Assembly (NCBI GenBank): GCA_050084515.1
Contig: CM114271.1
Span: 45,260,001 to 45,324,000, forward strand
DNA length: 64,000 bases
DNA from: Blasia pusilla
Lineage: Eukaryota
Direction: 5' to 3'
Positions 50,001-62,069 of this stretch are shown here, piece after piece. Under the pieces are notes generated by a model. It did no database searches and had not been told where the DNA came from. It saw only the letters and a program-made list of their open reading frames with translations. Within the stretch, counting starts at the first letter, position 1. Every line of letters begins with the position of its first letter. The position numbers were made by a program, and so were the translations under genes.

Positions 50001-52911
50001 CTTGAAACAAATATTCAGTCTTCTTAACTGCTTGTACCTGCTCTAGATATCCTGACCATGTGGGGTAATGATATTCTCTCAAAACTTCAAAGTCGTATTT
50101 ATTTGCTGAGATTAGTATTACACATTTTTTCCTTCACTTTGTAATTCGATGGACACCTGACTTAATGATATAATTGAAGAGCATGTACATCTTTGTATTG
50201 ACAGGAAGTGGAACTAGACGAAGAGGTTGATGTTATTGTTTCGGAATGGATGGGCTACATGCTTCTGTATGAGGTATATATGTAGTCTTTCTTGCTTGTC
50301 ATTTGGTGGGTGGTTGCTCAGTGGCTACCCATATGAGGGAAGTGCAGTGTTATTACTGACAGTTTCCAAAATCTCAAATTAATTTAAGTCCATTGGAAAG
50401 TGAAGGTAGTTCTCCTGAAAAGAAACATGGCAACCTTGTGATTTGTTGACGGTATGAGAGAATCAACCGTTGCTAATGCCAGCATACTACTTCTATGTGT
50501 AATGATAACATTCTCGATGTTGCTCTATATCCCAGAGCATGTTGCCCAGTGTTATTTGTGCACGCGATCGGTGGCTGAAACCTGGGGGTCTTATTCTCCC
50601 TTCACACGCGACGGTGAGGTTCTATTGACTGAATTTTCATATATACAAATATATTATACCAGCAGTTGTGTGTTGGCCAAACAACTTGTAGCCACCACTG
50701 TGAATATTGTTCACTTGGATTACTGCCATATGCTGTTTTCTCATATGCTTTCTTTTTTCGTGTATGTAGACTTGTAGATTATGGCGTAATCTAGATTCAA
50801 GCAGCATTATAGATCCTAACAAAGAACAGAGTAAAATGGCCTCATCATGGAAGGCGTCTTTTTTGGCTTCCCTCCCTGTTTCTAGCTAGGATGGACCCTA
50901 TTGTCTGTTGACATGGAATTTCTGACTCTTGCAGCTCTACATGGCACCAGTTACCAATGTCGAGAGATATGCAGAAAGCATTGATTTTTGGCGGAATGTG
51001 TATGGCATTGACAGTAAGTAGAAAAAGGAGAGTGTGTTGAAGAGATCTTAACTTTTTTGGTTCTCGGAACCCTGATGTTTTTTCTCCTGAAGACTTAACC
51101 ATGCTGTCAGTTATTTGTTTTCAAAACTCTTTTTATGGGGTCAAGTTTCATAAATAAACTACCAAGTGGAAGCATCCTTGAAGTTGTCACCTAACTTGTT
51201 TTTTGTATTGCTACAAAGTGCAGTGTCGGCAATGTTGCCGCTTGCCAAACAATGTGCATTTGAGGAGCCATGTGTCGAGTCCATTACGGCAGAAAATGTT
51301 CTTTCATGGCCCATTGTGGTAAGACATATGTTTCTTCAACTTTTGTAAAACGCTATGGACCTAGGATACTCTTTCTTCTATGGTGATTATAATTGTGGCC
51401 CTCCTTCTGAGCAGGTAAAACACATCGACTGCAGCAAAGTTACAATGCAGGAACTCGAAGTAGTGAGTCAAAGTTTTTCTGTCTCGTCCATGATGATGGG
51501 TGAGCGGAGCACATCCTTCTTCTTGTCTATGTTGTCACCTATATATCTGACACGGGTCAAATTGCCATCTATAAAATCACCATTTTGTTCAGAGGTGTTT
51601 TGTACTCCTTTATGTCTCGTGATTACACATGCAGTATTCTTTCAGAAGGTATGGGTCACTGGATTTGTGCAATTAAATGATTTCATTGGTCCATGAAAGA
51701 GGCACGGGTTCGTATGAGGAGTACTTTGCGTGTACGTATGTAAATGATTTGATAGGTCTTTGAGCATTTAAAGGTATTGGTCTTAGATCCTCTTGGTGTA
51801 AATATTTGTTTTCATATTCCAACAGGACATTGCTACTGGCCCATAGCTACTGGCCTCTGTGTATTACAAAAATACAAAAATTCAATTGAGTGCTCATACG
51901 ATAAATTTTCTGAACCTTGGTTGAACATGACTGTATATTGTCAACCCAGCATCCCTTCATGGCTTCGCCTTGTGGTTTGATGTCACGTTTGGGGGTCCAA
52001 CATCTCAAGAATTTGAGGTGGGGTCTGAATCGCCTCAGGAAAGTCCACCTGCAAACGACTATGAAAGCATGACCTTGAATCTGCGTCGACGGAGAGGAAA
52101 CGAGTGTCTTGTACTTTCTACAGCTCCAGAAGAGAGCCCAACTCATTGGCAGCAGGTATGGCCTGTGCCCATGTTGAATTATCTGACTCCTTCGTATCAA
52201 AGGACGTAAAAAACTTGTTCATGTCCACATGTCATGTCTCTCTGCTCTTGCCCTTGTCCTTGTCCTTGAGGACACATCAGAGTGGCATTGCATTTCCAGC
52301 TGTTGGATACTGAAGAATCCAGCTTTCTGTGGTGCTGTCATGGGTTTTGTAAAATGCAAGAGCTCATTTATTCAAGACATGCTTATAAACAATGATGTAA
52401 GTAATGAATGCTTCTAATCTGCAGACCATATTATATATATATGATCCAATTGAAGTAACTCAAGACCAAGTGATTTCGGGTTCCATCACATTGTCTCAAA
52501 CTAGAGAGAATCCTCGCTTTTTGAACATACACCTGGAGTACAGGTATATTCCTTATGGAACTTGGAATTTTGTGTTCTTGTTCTCAGCTCTTATAAGAAT
52601 TATGTCCTAAGCAAGCTGGGGAGCTTTTTCATATTGTACACACAGTGGGACTCTTGCTCTGGTGGAGGTGGCTGGCTCTATACGAGTTTGTCCGTGGTTT
52701 TGGCTTCTACCATGCAGTGTCTGTGAAGAAAATCAATAAGTAGAGGAAGTTTCAAGTTGCCTTGCATATTACGATCCTTGGAGATGCTTGTTGGGTGTGA
52801 CTAAGGTGTTATTCCAGTCTTGTGGTCCATCATTACACTACTAAGGAAGGTGAACTGGCGTAATGCAGCTCTGGGGATCGTAGATGCGTGAAGGAATCTG
52901 TGATGCGGTAA
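47069..52911 (+). CDS. PRMT6: Protein arginine N-methyltransferase 6, about 426 aa, 13 exons
   Basis: Exons 47069-47338, 48531-48596, 49239-49307, 49590-49625, 49827-49892, 50205-50273, 50536-50613, 50935-51013, 51224-51318, 51415-51499, 51950-52155, 52425-52543, 52869-52911; motifs YFHAYSHIGVHEEMIKD, VVDVGCGTGILS, SEWMGYMLLYE double-E loop, THW loop, C-terminus VKESVMR as in plant PRMT6. Confidence 0.95.
49912..49949. repeat. Perfect 18-bp inverted repeat in PRMT6 intron 5
   Basis: ATTAGTGAATGCTCTCTT-tc-AAGAGAGCATTCACTAAT. Confidence 0.92.
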
Positions 52912-55448
52912 CATATTGGGAGGTACTTTTAGTGTTTTCGTCACAGTTTTGGAGCTTAGAAGTGCACATAGAACAAACCTCGGGTCATTCTTGCTCCTGC
53001 TCCTGCTGAGAAGAGTCGCCTCTGTTGGTCTCATATGCATAAAGGAGTAAGGTTTGTGAAGGAAAACTTGATTCAAGCCCGCCTTTCTCTAATCGCCTTT
53101 GCCATTTGTCCGTGTGGAAGGGAGGTTTGTGTGCCACCTGATTAGAGCGTAGTCTTGGGAAAGAGTGCTCTTGGCTTTTGCCTATCGAGAGTTAGAAACT
53201 TGGCATCAATTACCACAAATGGAGTTAGGGAAATTCAGATCACTAGGACTATCGCAGCAGGGAAGAGCTTACATCGAAGGTAGTATCGTCATGTTGCACA
53301 CATGCCCAATTTTATCGCTACACTTCGATACGTTTCCCTTGAAAACAGTGTCCTATCTTTTAAAAAAATAAAAATTGTACAAAATGTCTTGACATCATCC
53401 GAGTTGCATTTTTGTTCCTGCTACTGAATTTCCTCTGTAGTTTTCATGGTTTTAAAATTGGCTACATGTTGCCATACAAAACAATTGTGTGACTGAGGCT
53501 CTCGGAATCTCGTAGCGGGCGAGGGCTTCTGGGGTTCTGTTGCTCGTCGGCGAATTTCACCGCGAAATATGTAGAGTTGGTCTCGGTAGGGAAGCGGATA
53601 GGTCGATACTTTTGCCTGCATGGGTTTGTCGCAGTGAGACCGCGCCATGGGAATGAGAGAGAAGATACCTGTCTGTACGCTCAGGTGGATACCGTAACTC
53701 AAGGTCGCCTCTGTTATCGCCGGCACACTTTTTGCCTCCCATCTCCCCTTGAGACAAGCTTTCAGCGAATGAATGGCTGTGCGCGGGCGTTGCATGCAAG
53801 GCAGGCGGTGCGGGAGCGCGCATGTCGAGATGTTTGTCGAGTTCCTCCGGCGCAGGATGAATCCAACTTTACGATTAACTCTCAAGTCCGATCCTGATTC
53901 CCTTTTCAATCTCGGATGCCCTTAACCCCTGGCCTAATTCGGACGCTTGCCTAAATCGGACATGTACCCGGGGAGGAGACACTTCGCCAAAAGGCATAAT
54001 CGGCGCTTTAGAAGATCAGCACACATTGTTGCGTATATGCCGTCCAACCTCGACAATCCTCAAGCACCGATCGGCGAGTTGACGATCCATCCGGCCCGCC
54101 CTCGTGAACCAGTGCAATCGCGAGCGATGCCGGTAGACGCGTCGCAGGAAGAAAAATTCTACAAGCGCGCGAGGGCCCGTTAGCGCATAGACCCTTGCCA
54201 TAGACCTCAAGACCCTCCGTCGAGTCACCGACCCATGCACCCACGTCTCCGACTGGTAGTTAGACGGCCCCGGAAGGAGAAGACTAGAGCTATGGGCGTA
54301 GGACGATCCGGTGACAGTCGTGCTGAAGGCGCGCGCGTAAACGACAACCACTTTCGAAAGAAATCGCGCGGTTCCGAGTGCGAAGAGCAACAGCTACTCT
54401 ATCCAACCACGCCGCACTTCCACATGCCACCTTGCGCAACGGTGGCGCGAGCGAGTATCCACGCGCCGGCAGTCAGCCCACTATTTCTGCATTTTCTACT
54501 TCACAGCTTCGTCCGTCACATCGCCACAGCGCTTTAACAAACAAACGAGTCAAAAGCTCCTTCCTCCTGCGCGACGGACGGAGAGTAGAGTAGAATAGCG
54601 GGACACGATCGCAAGTCCGTCAACGACCCGTTCAATTGTAGCGGGTACTGCCCCGCCCCCCTCCCCCTCCTCCTCCTCCATGGCTCTCCCCCACCCACCG
54701 ACTTGACCGATGGGCCCATTCACAAGACTGGCCAGGACGACCGCGAGACTACGGGCCACGGATGGCGTCCCAAGACCCGACTTTGCAAGTAAAAGGGCGT
54801 ATTTCCGAGCTTTTACTTGTAAAAGTGACGCAAAGTCATTCGAAACCCATCCATCGCCCCAGGCCCATCACTTTTGTGAAGGCGTGTGCGACCGGCAATG
54901 TCGACCGCCTAATTCGCAAGCAGTTTTCTTCTAGGGAGGGAAGCGGCACGTCATCTGGAGCTTTTCATGTATAAATAATCATAAATATGTAAGCCACACA
55001 CGTACCAATGTACTTCTTTCTTTCTTTCTTTTTCTTATTCCAAATAAATATGAAAATACGTGAGATTAATATTTTAAGAACGTGGAGGAGGGGAGATTTT
55101 CACGAAAAGGGGGGAGACCCCTATAAATATGTAAGCAAATCTGTGTTGCATGTTCTTTTCTTGCATCCCACACACACCCATTCCACTATCGTACGGATTC
55201 TTCCCACCAAAGTCAATCTTGAAAAAGTTGTGCAATAGAATTCCATTTGTTTGTATTTTCATAGTGTGAAAAAATTCTTCACATTTTCTTTGTTTTATAG
55301 TCGCCATGTCCGTGCAATGCGTAAAAGAAATAACTTCTAGTCCAATTTTTATATGCTTTGCATGATTCCTTTTTTCTATTTCTTTTTCCTCAAAAAAAAA
55401 AAATTTCACACTCCCTCTTTTGTGGAAAACCATTCATCCTCACTTTAT

Positions 55449-55596
55449 ACTCGTGGCCATGCACGGGAGTGAAGGGATTAATCGTAATCATTTTCTTGTT
55501 GTTCGTATAGGGGGAAACATTTTCTTGATGCCCGGTTGCCACATGTCAAGCAAAGAGGTGCTTGCAAATTAAGAAGACACTCTCCAATAATAATAA
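55449..55596 (-). mobile_element. Short Helitron copy with eroded ends
   Basis: Reverse complement of the 57487-57656 body (GCCACATGTCAAGCAAAGAGGTG.TTGCAAAT.AAGAAG.CACTCTCC). Confidence 0.65.
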
Positions 55597-56402
55597 TTTC
55601 CTCTTTTGGAATCCAAAATCATCTCATCTTCCATGATGCTCTTAGCAAACCTTTTTCTTCCTCTCTCCCCTCCCCTTTGAATCCTCACATATTATCAAGT
55701 TTTCCTTATAGTTACTTGTGTCTCTTGCTATTACAATATCCTATTTTCCACGTTGATGGCATGGAACAATCACTTCTCCAAAATCTTTTCTATTGCATCT
55801 GAATGTGCGCTCTCAACTTGGAAACAATAATGAAAATGATCTAGCTCACCCTTTTTCTTAGACGATCATGTGAAGTACTTCTTTGTGAAAATGAAAGTGT
55901 CATGCCTTTTGATTAAAAACAATGAAAGAGGGTAGAATGGTTCATGAAGAGCAAACAAAAGTACAAGTGTATTTGTATGCTTCTAAGTAGCAACTACCAC
56001 TTCTACTTATATATAGAGTGCAGGTTTTGTGAAGGGTTCATATATATTTTAAGAGATTTGCTCAAATTATCCATTTACAAATGTCAATTAAGAACTACTA
56101 AAAATTTCTATTATCTTCAATACAACATATGCATCAATGCTATTAAAACAACGAAGGTCTTCCTTCAAGAAGAAAGAGAGTTCTTATTTCTCGTCAGTTG
56201 ATGCATTTAATAATTGAAGAAAACTCATGAATTTTTCTTTTTCCGTTTTGTGACGATCATCAATTATGGCAATTTTTTTTATCAGTGCATATACTAGGGT
56301 TTTTAGAGAAGCCACACAATGATGCCCATAACTTAGGTTATAACAATCAATGTACTTTTCATTTAGGGTTATAGGAAAAAAGCCACGTAGCAATAAGAAA
56401 GA

Positions 56403-56622
56403 CTAGTAAGGTGCCTGTGCGATGCACAAGAATAAAAAGTGTTTGAAGAACTTTTGTTAATATATAACTTGCGAAGGGAAGGGATTAATGATGCTGCACA
56501 CAAATTCCAACTTTTTTCTTACTGTTTGCATAAGGAGAAACATCTTCTTGTTGCCTATTTGCCACGTGTTAAACAGAGAGGTGTTTGCGAATCAAGAAGA
56601 CACTCTCCCATAATAATATAGA
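56403..56622 (-). mobile_element. Short non-autonomous Helitron with both termini
   Basis: Minus strand A|TCTATATTATTATGGGAGAGTG...GTGCATCGCACAGGCACCTTACTAG|T. Confidence 0.8.
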
Positions 56623-57188
56623 TGTTGCCCGTGCCATGCAGGCCTAACACAACTTCCTCAGTAGAATGGCTTAAAAACAGATGTCAATGATATTTTTTAA
56701 AAATCATACTTAAAATTTAAAATATATTTAATTTCAAAATTTAGGAGAATCCCAATCCCTTAAATTATTTTACCCTTCCATAAAATTTGATGTACTCCTT
56801 CTCCATTAAAATTTATCTTCCCTTTCCATCATATTTTTTCTTTGTCATAAATAGTCTATTTTATCAATATTTATGATCACCCATTATGATATTAAATAAA
56901 TGATTAATTACTGAATAAAATATTTTTCTATTTCATTCAAATCCTTATCATTTTTTTTTTCTATTTGGTCTATTTCTACCCATCTAATATGGTTCAAATA
57001 GTAAAATTCAAATAGGCCAATGATTTTTATTTGAAAGCCCCTCCCCTTAGCTGTCCCTGTACCCCTCCCCTTCCATTTGTGTTGAAATCTCTTATGCCGC
57101 CACGTGTCGTAAGGGGAAAACTTCAAATGCCTACATGTCGTCATGGGAGGACGGGTTTCTCAAACCCGTCCTCTTTGAATAATATAGA
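56623..57188 (-). mobile_element. Helitron lacking its terminal CTRR, abutting the 56403-56622 element
   Basis: Minus strand A|TCTATATTATT 5' end at 57188; hairpin GCCTGCATGGCACGGGC at about 56627-56644; body resembles the long AT-rich family. Confidence 0.65.
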
Positions 57189-57486
57189 TGAGTGTCTTGT
57201 CTTTCTTATTGCCTATTTTTAAAATTAAGAATATTAAAAAAAAAAAAACACATGTGTGCTTCTGGTGAGGATGATTCATGTGGCTTGGTTAGGCCTTGTT
57301 GGAGTAGCCCCAATGGTGTATACTATTATTCTAGAACCTTGTTTGAGAGTCTTGGCTTAAGGCTTGAAAATTTTGACTAATGCGAGCTTGCCACTTGTTC
57401 CCCGTATACTCAGGTCATTGGGTAGTCAAGTTATTTAGACCCATTTTAGAATAATAATGGTAATTTAGATCACCCATCATCACTAA

Positions 57487-57656
57487 TCTATATTATTATC
57501 GGAGAGTGCCTTCTTGATTTGCAAACACCTCTTTGCTTGACACGTGGCACCCGGACACCAAGAAAATATTTCTCCCTCTACGGGCAACAAGAAAAATATC
57601 TCGTGTCCAACATATTACTCCCTTCGCTCTCGTGCATGGCACGGGCTGCCCACTAG
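57487..57656 (+). mobile_element. Short non-autonomous Helitron (170 bp) with both termini
   Basis: A|TCTATATTATTATCGGAGAGTG...CTCGTGCATGGCACGGG-CTGCCCACTAG|T. Confidence 0.85.
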
Positions 57657-59207
57657 TTCTACATAAGTGGATGTTGCTAGGAGTACTCCCACAAGCCATA
57701 CTCCAGCCAAGAAAATTGCCATCTCCGATGCCTTGCATGACACATGTCTTCATAAGCGACCTTTGCATCAGGTGGAGAAGAGAATAATCAACATATATAT
57801 ATGACACTGAATAGTCTAGATTGCCAAAAAAAAAAAAAAAAAAAAAAAACACTTGCAGAGGCCGTCAATAAATCCCAACCATTCAAAATAGGCCCCTAGC
57901 TCCTTCTACCGAAGTAGATAAGAATTTAAACTCAAAATAACCTCGCCCGTTAGCATCGGAAGATTTTCTCCCCACCCACTATGCGATTTAAATTTGGAAT
58001 AGTCACACTCACTATTGAAGCGCGTACGAAGTTGAATTAACAACCATGCAAGCTCCGTTACTAGTAAGGCGGTACGTCCGTTTCCGAGTTCCGGTACCAC
58101 CACAGAATCACGGATAAGAACAAAGAGGCGACAAAACTCCTAAAGGAGGGTAGGACGAGGAGGGAAATCCAGAGCAGTGGCTCCCTATTTGGGACACTCG
58201 GAGCCGGTCCTCACTGGTCCGCTGAGACTCCCGGAATTGTGGAGCGGAGAGCCAATCGGGATCGATGGGTCGGCTGCGAACGGGCGGTCGGGACTCGGGA
58301 GGGCGGGTGGTTGAAGGGCCGACTAAAGCTCCGGGGACTTTGTGGAGGGAGGGAGGGAGGGGATCTATCTCCTCTAAATGTGGAGAGCGAGCGGGAGGGA
58401 AAGAAGGGCGTGATCCCATCCGCACTCACGGCCTCTCCGGAGTAGAGCAGCGGAGGAGAAGCTCTAGCGACTTTCTTTTCTTTTCTTTTCTTTTCTCGCA
58501 AGGAACGCGCACCGGAGGGACTCTCATTCCCCGCTCCGGCGGCAACGGAACCGACGGACGAACACGAAGGTGGAACCGAAGACGGAAACGGGAGGGATAC
58601 GACGAAGGTGGAACTGAGGACGGAAACGGGATAGATGGAGGAATACGAAGGTGTCCAGGACTTAAATACGATGGGAGAACCCATCATCAGAAGATAGATA
58701 GAGGATAGAGGAGGAGGAGGAGGACAGCGAGAGAGGGGCGCCGGGAAGAAGAAGAAGACGGAGAAAGAAGTAGAGAGTCCTGACGCTGCCGAAGGCACTA
58801 ACTGGCAGGAGAATTCTGGGAGGCAGGTTTGTCGCGTAGGCAGTAGACGAGGTGCGGTGCGAAGAATTATCTCGCGCCGATGGAGAATGCCTCTGTGAAA
58901 GAGCGGTAGCGCGTCGGAGCTCATGTTCGTCAGGGACGGAAGGAGGGAACGAGAGGGAAAGCTTCGGACAGTGCGGGCTGGCGCGCGCGCAGGATAGGGA
59001 GAAGGCAGGAAAGAGAGCGAGAGCGAGAGCGAGAGAGAGGGAGGGTGGGAGAGAAGTGCGGGAGAGAGGAGGAAAGGATTGGGGAGAGAGGGAGGGCGGA
59101 AGGGTGGGGAGTGAGGGCAATGTTGGGATTCGGATTCGGGAGCAGCAGAAGTAGCAGAGGGGAACGAGAAGACGGAGATTGGGAGCGTGACCCATGGGCG
59201 TTGAGAT

Positions 59208-62069
59208 ATGATAATGAGGGACGGTAGTGACGAGTTCGTTGGTGTGCGGCGTGGTCAGCACCCGGGCGAACCAAGCGAAATTACGGTCAATTGTCCCGAC
59301 AAGGTCGGTCTTGGCTGCGACTTTGCTCGCATCGTTCTCGAATTTGGACTCACTGTTGTTCGCGGTGGTGAGATTCTCTGCATACTTGCAGCCTGCCATT
59401 CCAAGCCTTTCAAGTTGAGTTTCGTTCATGGTGCTTTTAGGGGATGCTGAACTTCGAACAATCCTCACAGCGCGTCTGCCGGGCACAGAGTTCTGAGGTT
59501 AATGGGCTTTCTGTATTGCAGATTTGTCTACGGATGGAAGATGGTGTTTTGTAGTTTTGTGGGTTGTGCCCAAAAGTGCAGGTTATGGTGTAGTCAAATG
59601 GTCTCTTCTCAAGCAACGCCTGGCTGCGGTGTGCCCTTCTGCCCAAGGAGTGCTGGTCCCAGAGCGTCCTGTGGTGGACCTTACGAAAGAGGTTTTCGTT
59701 CTGCAAGTTTGTACAATAGATCGAGCTGGACTCCTAAATTGTAAGCGTCCACGACCGTAACACTTAGCTAGGGTTTGTTGTAAATATGTCTGCCCGAAAG
59801 AAGCCACTGCAGTCGTACTGGTTTCGCGAGGCATACGCCTAGTCCTCCGCGCATCAACGTATCATGCAAGAAATAGCCACTGCATGTACTACTTCTATTT
59901 GCCTGACGGAAAGTAAAATTTTGTATGCCCGAGTCGCTGTGGACTAAACGAAAGAGGTTCTCCTAGTTTTCACACTGTAGGTCAGCTATGTATATCTTCC
60001 AATGCAAGTGTTTTGAGAAAGATATCCTCAATGCTCGCCACAACTTAGTGACTCGTTTAGTATGATCAGAGACCAAGCGGATGTGACCTTTTCGAATGAG
60101 ATTATTCGGAATACAAAATCATGCACTTGATGACTCCTGGAGAGAGGAGGGACGTAGCTGGCTTTGCACGGTCCCTGGGAACCCATTATATCTGTCCTAC
60201 TCGAGCAAAGAGTTCTGGTTTGAAACAGTGTTGATGTCATATTCTAATCATGAAAATAGGGTTACGTTCCCGCAGTAACTTGACTTCACATGAAATGTGA
60301 GCCTTTGAGATGGACGGTAAACTGCTTCCTGCTTTCTGTCACTGATCTACCTTATGATGCTCTGTTTTTTTTTCTGACAAACTTACAAGCGACAGGCCAT
60401 AGAATGACATTGTTACTATTGTGTGCCATTTCAGCGGTGACACAAACTCTTTGGGAACTGGAGCTCACCATTCACAGAGTGAAAGTTTCGACGAGTCCCG
60501 AGGGCAAGGCTGTCAACCTATTTTTTATAACGGATAAAAGGTGAATGTCACAGCCTGAAGTGCGAATTATTCATGGCATTGATTTTGAGGGTAAGGAACT
60601 TGTGGAGCGGAGTGGATCTTGTTTCTAGTAATGGTTGCCTTGAGAATGTGATACTGGACCTAAGGCCTCTTGTGGTTGCAGTGGAAAGCTGCCCTTGGAT
60701 AAGCAACGGAAAGAAGACATATGTGCCGAAGTCAGAAATTTATTAGGAGCAGGGACTGCTGTTGACTTGACCTTAGCAGGACCAGAATGGGGCGGTCTTG
60801 ATTGTGCACCATATCTTCCCTCATCAGTGTCTAAGGATTTGTTTGATGATGGACAATTTGAACTGATCAGTACTGTTCGGAGAAGTCTACCAGCTACAAA
60901 TTTGAGTGGCCAGACACTACCAACCATGCTGAAACCGGTCATCATTGACAATACAATTAGTCCTGTTCATACTTCAATGCAAATCGTTTGCAAGGACAGA
61001 AAGGGTTTGTTTTATGACTGCATGCGGACATTGAAGGATAATGATCTGCAGGTTCGTGATTCTCAGTCTAGTGGCAGTTCTTCCTGTTTTCATTTGTTTT
61101 TTTAAGCCATTGGGGATAATAGGAATCGAACCCATATCCTCTGCTTGGAAGGCAGATAATTTACCTTTAATCTACACTCGCATTGAAAGTTCTTTAAGAA
61201 TTTCCCGTCATGATCTATCGTTTCATATTCAAAATTTTCTCAGAGTCACTGGCAAGGGCGAGTGATGTTACCGCCTTTTCCTGCAGTAAGAGTTATTTAA
61301 AGGTATTGGGTTCAACTTATTGGATTGGCTCTGTGCTGATGGGATTAGATAGAAATAATTCGTCCTATTTGTCTTAATACATGGAATATTTTCTTCTATT
61401 GTGCAGGTTTCTTTTGGTCGTATCTCTACATTGGAGAAAGGCACCTGTGAGATCAGTTTGTTTGTATTGCAAAGTGGCAGGAAAATAACCGACATACACA
61501 AGCAGGATGCCCTATGCGACTCAATGCTTCAGGAGTTGGTGAATCCCTTGCGAGTGTCAGTTGTCACTAGAGGGCCTGACACTGAATTGCTGGTTGCTGC
61601 ACCAATAGAAAACTGTGGCAGAGGAAGACCTCGTGTGCTATTTGATGTCACTTATGCATTGAAGCTGGAGAAGATTTGTATTTTTAAGGTCAGTAGCAGA
61701 AGATGTTTTCCAGAAGCAGTGTGCAGTGGAAGACATTCATTCCTTTCATTGGTTATTTTCTTGCCACCAACTTTGATGGCTTTTGTAATACATCTAGTCG
61801 GTCCCCGGGCTTCTGAAGGACACTTTTTTAAATGACAATCTTTCACCCTTGAGTTTGCCTCGGTAAGGGATTTTTCAGATAGTGGCTGCTAGCTGACTTT
61901 CTCCCTTGGAATCAATGGCTCTCAGGCAGATATCGGGAGACATGTCGTGGAGAAGCGGCCATGGGAGGTATACCGCTTTCTGCTGGTTGAGAAGCAAGAT
62001 TTTCCTTTGACAAACAGCAGAATTCGCAAAGAAATTACTGAAAAGGTCAAGGCTATCTTAATGGGTTGA
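59208..62069 (+). CDS. ACR: ACT domain repeat protein, ACR9/ACR10 group, about 426 aa, 6 exons
   Basis: Exons 59208-59367, 59522-59740, 60435-60540, 60682-61051, 61407-61688, 61926-62069; motifs ITVNCPDKVGLGCD, DLSTDGRWC, LWELELTIHRVKVSTSPEG, DNTISPVHTSMQIVCKDRKGLFYDCMRTLKD, RGPDTELLVA..GRGRPRV, WEVYRFLL..LMG. Start could be 59208 or 59214. Confidence 0.93.

Noticed and set aside
58211-59486. Long minus-strand ORFs (237 aa, 274 aa)
   Set aside because: Low-complexity S/P/L translation antisense to the GA-rich ACR leader and exon 1; no motif.
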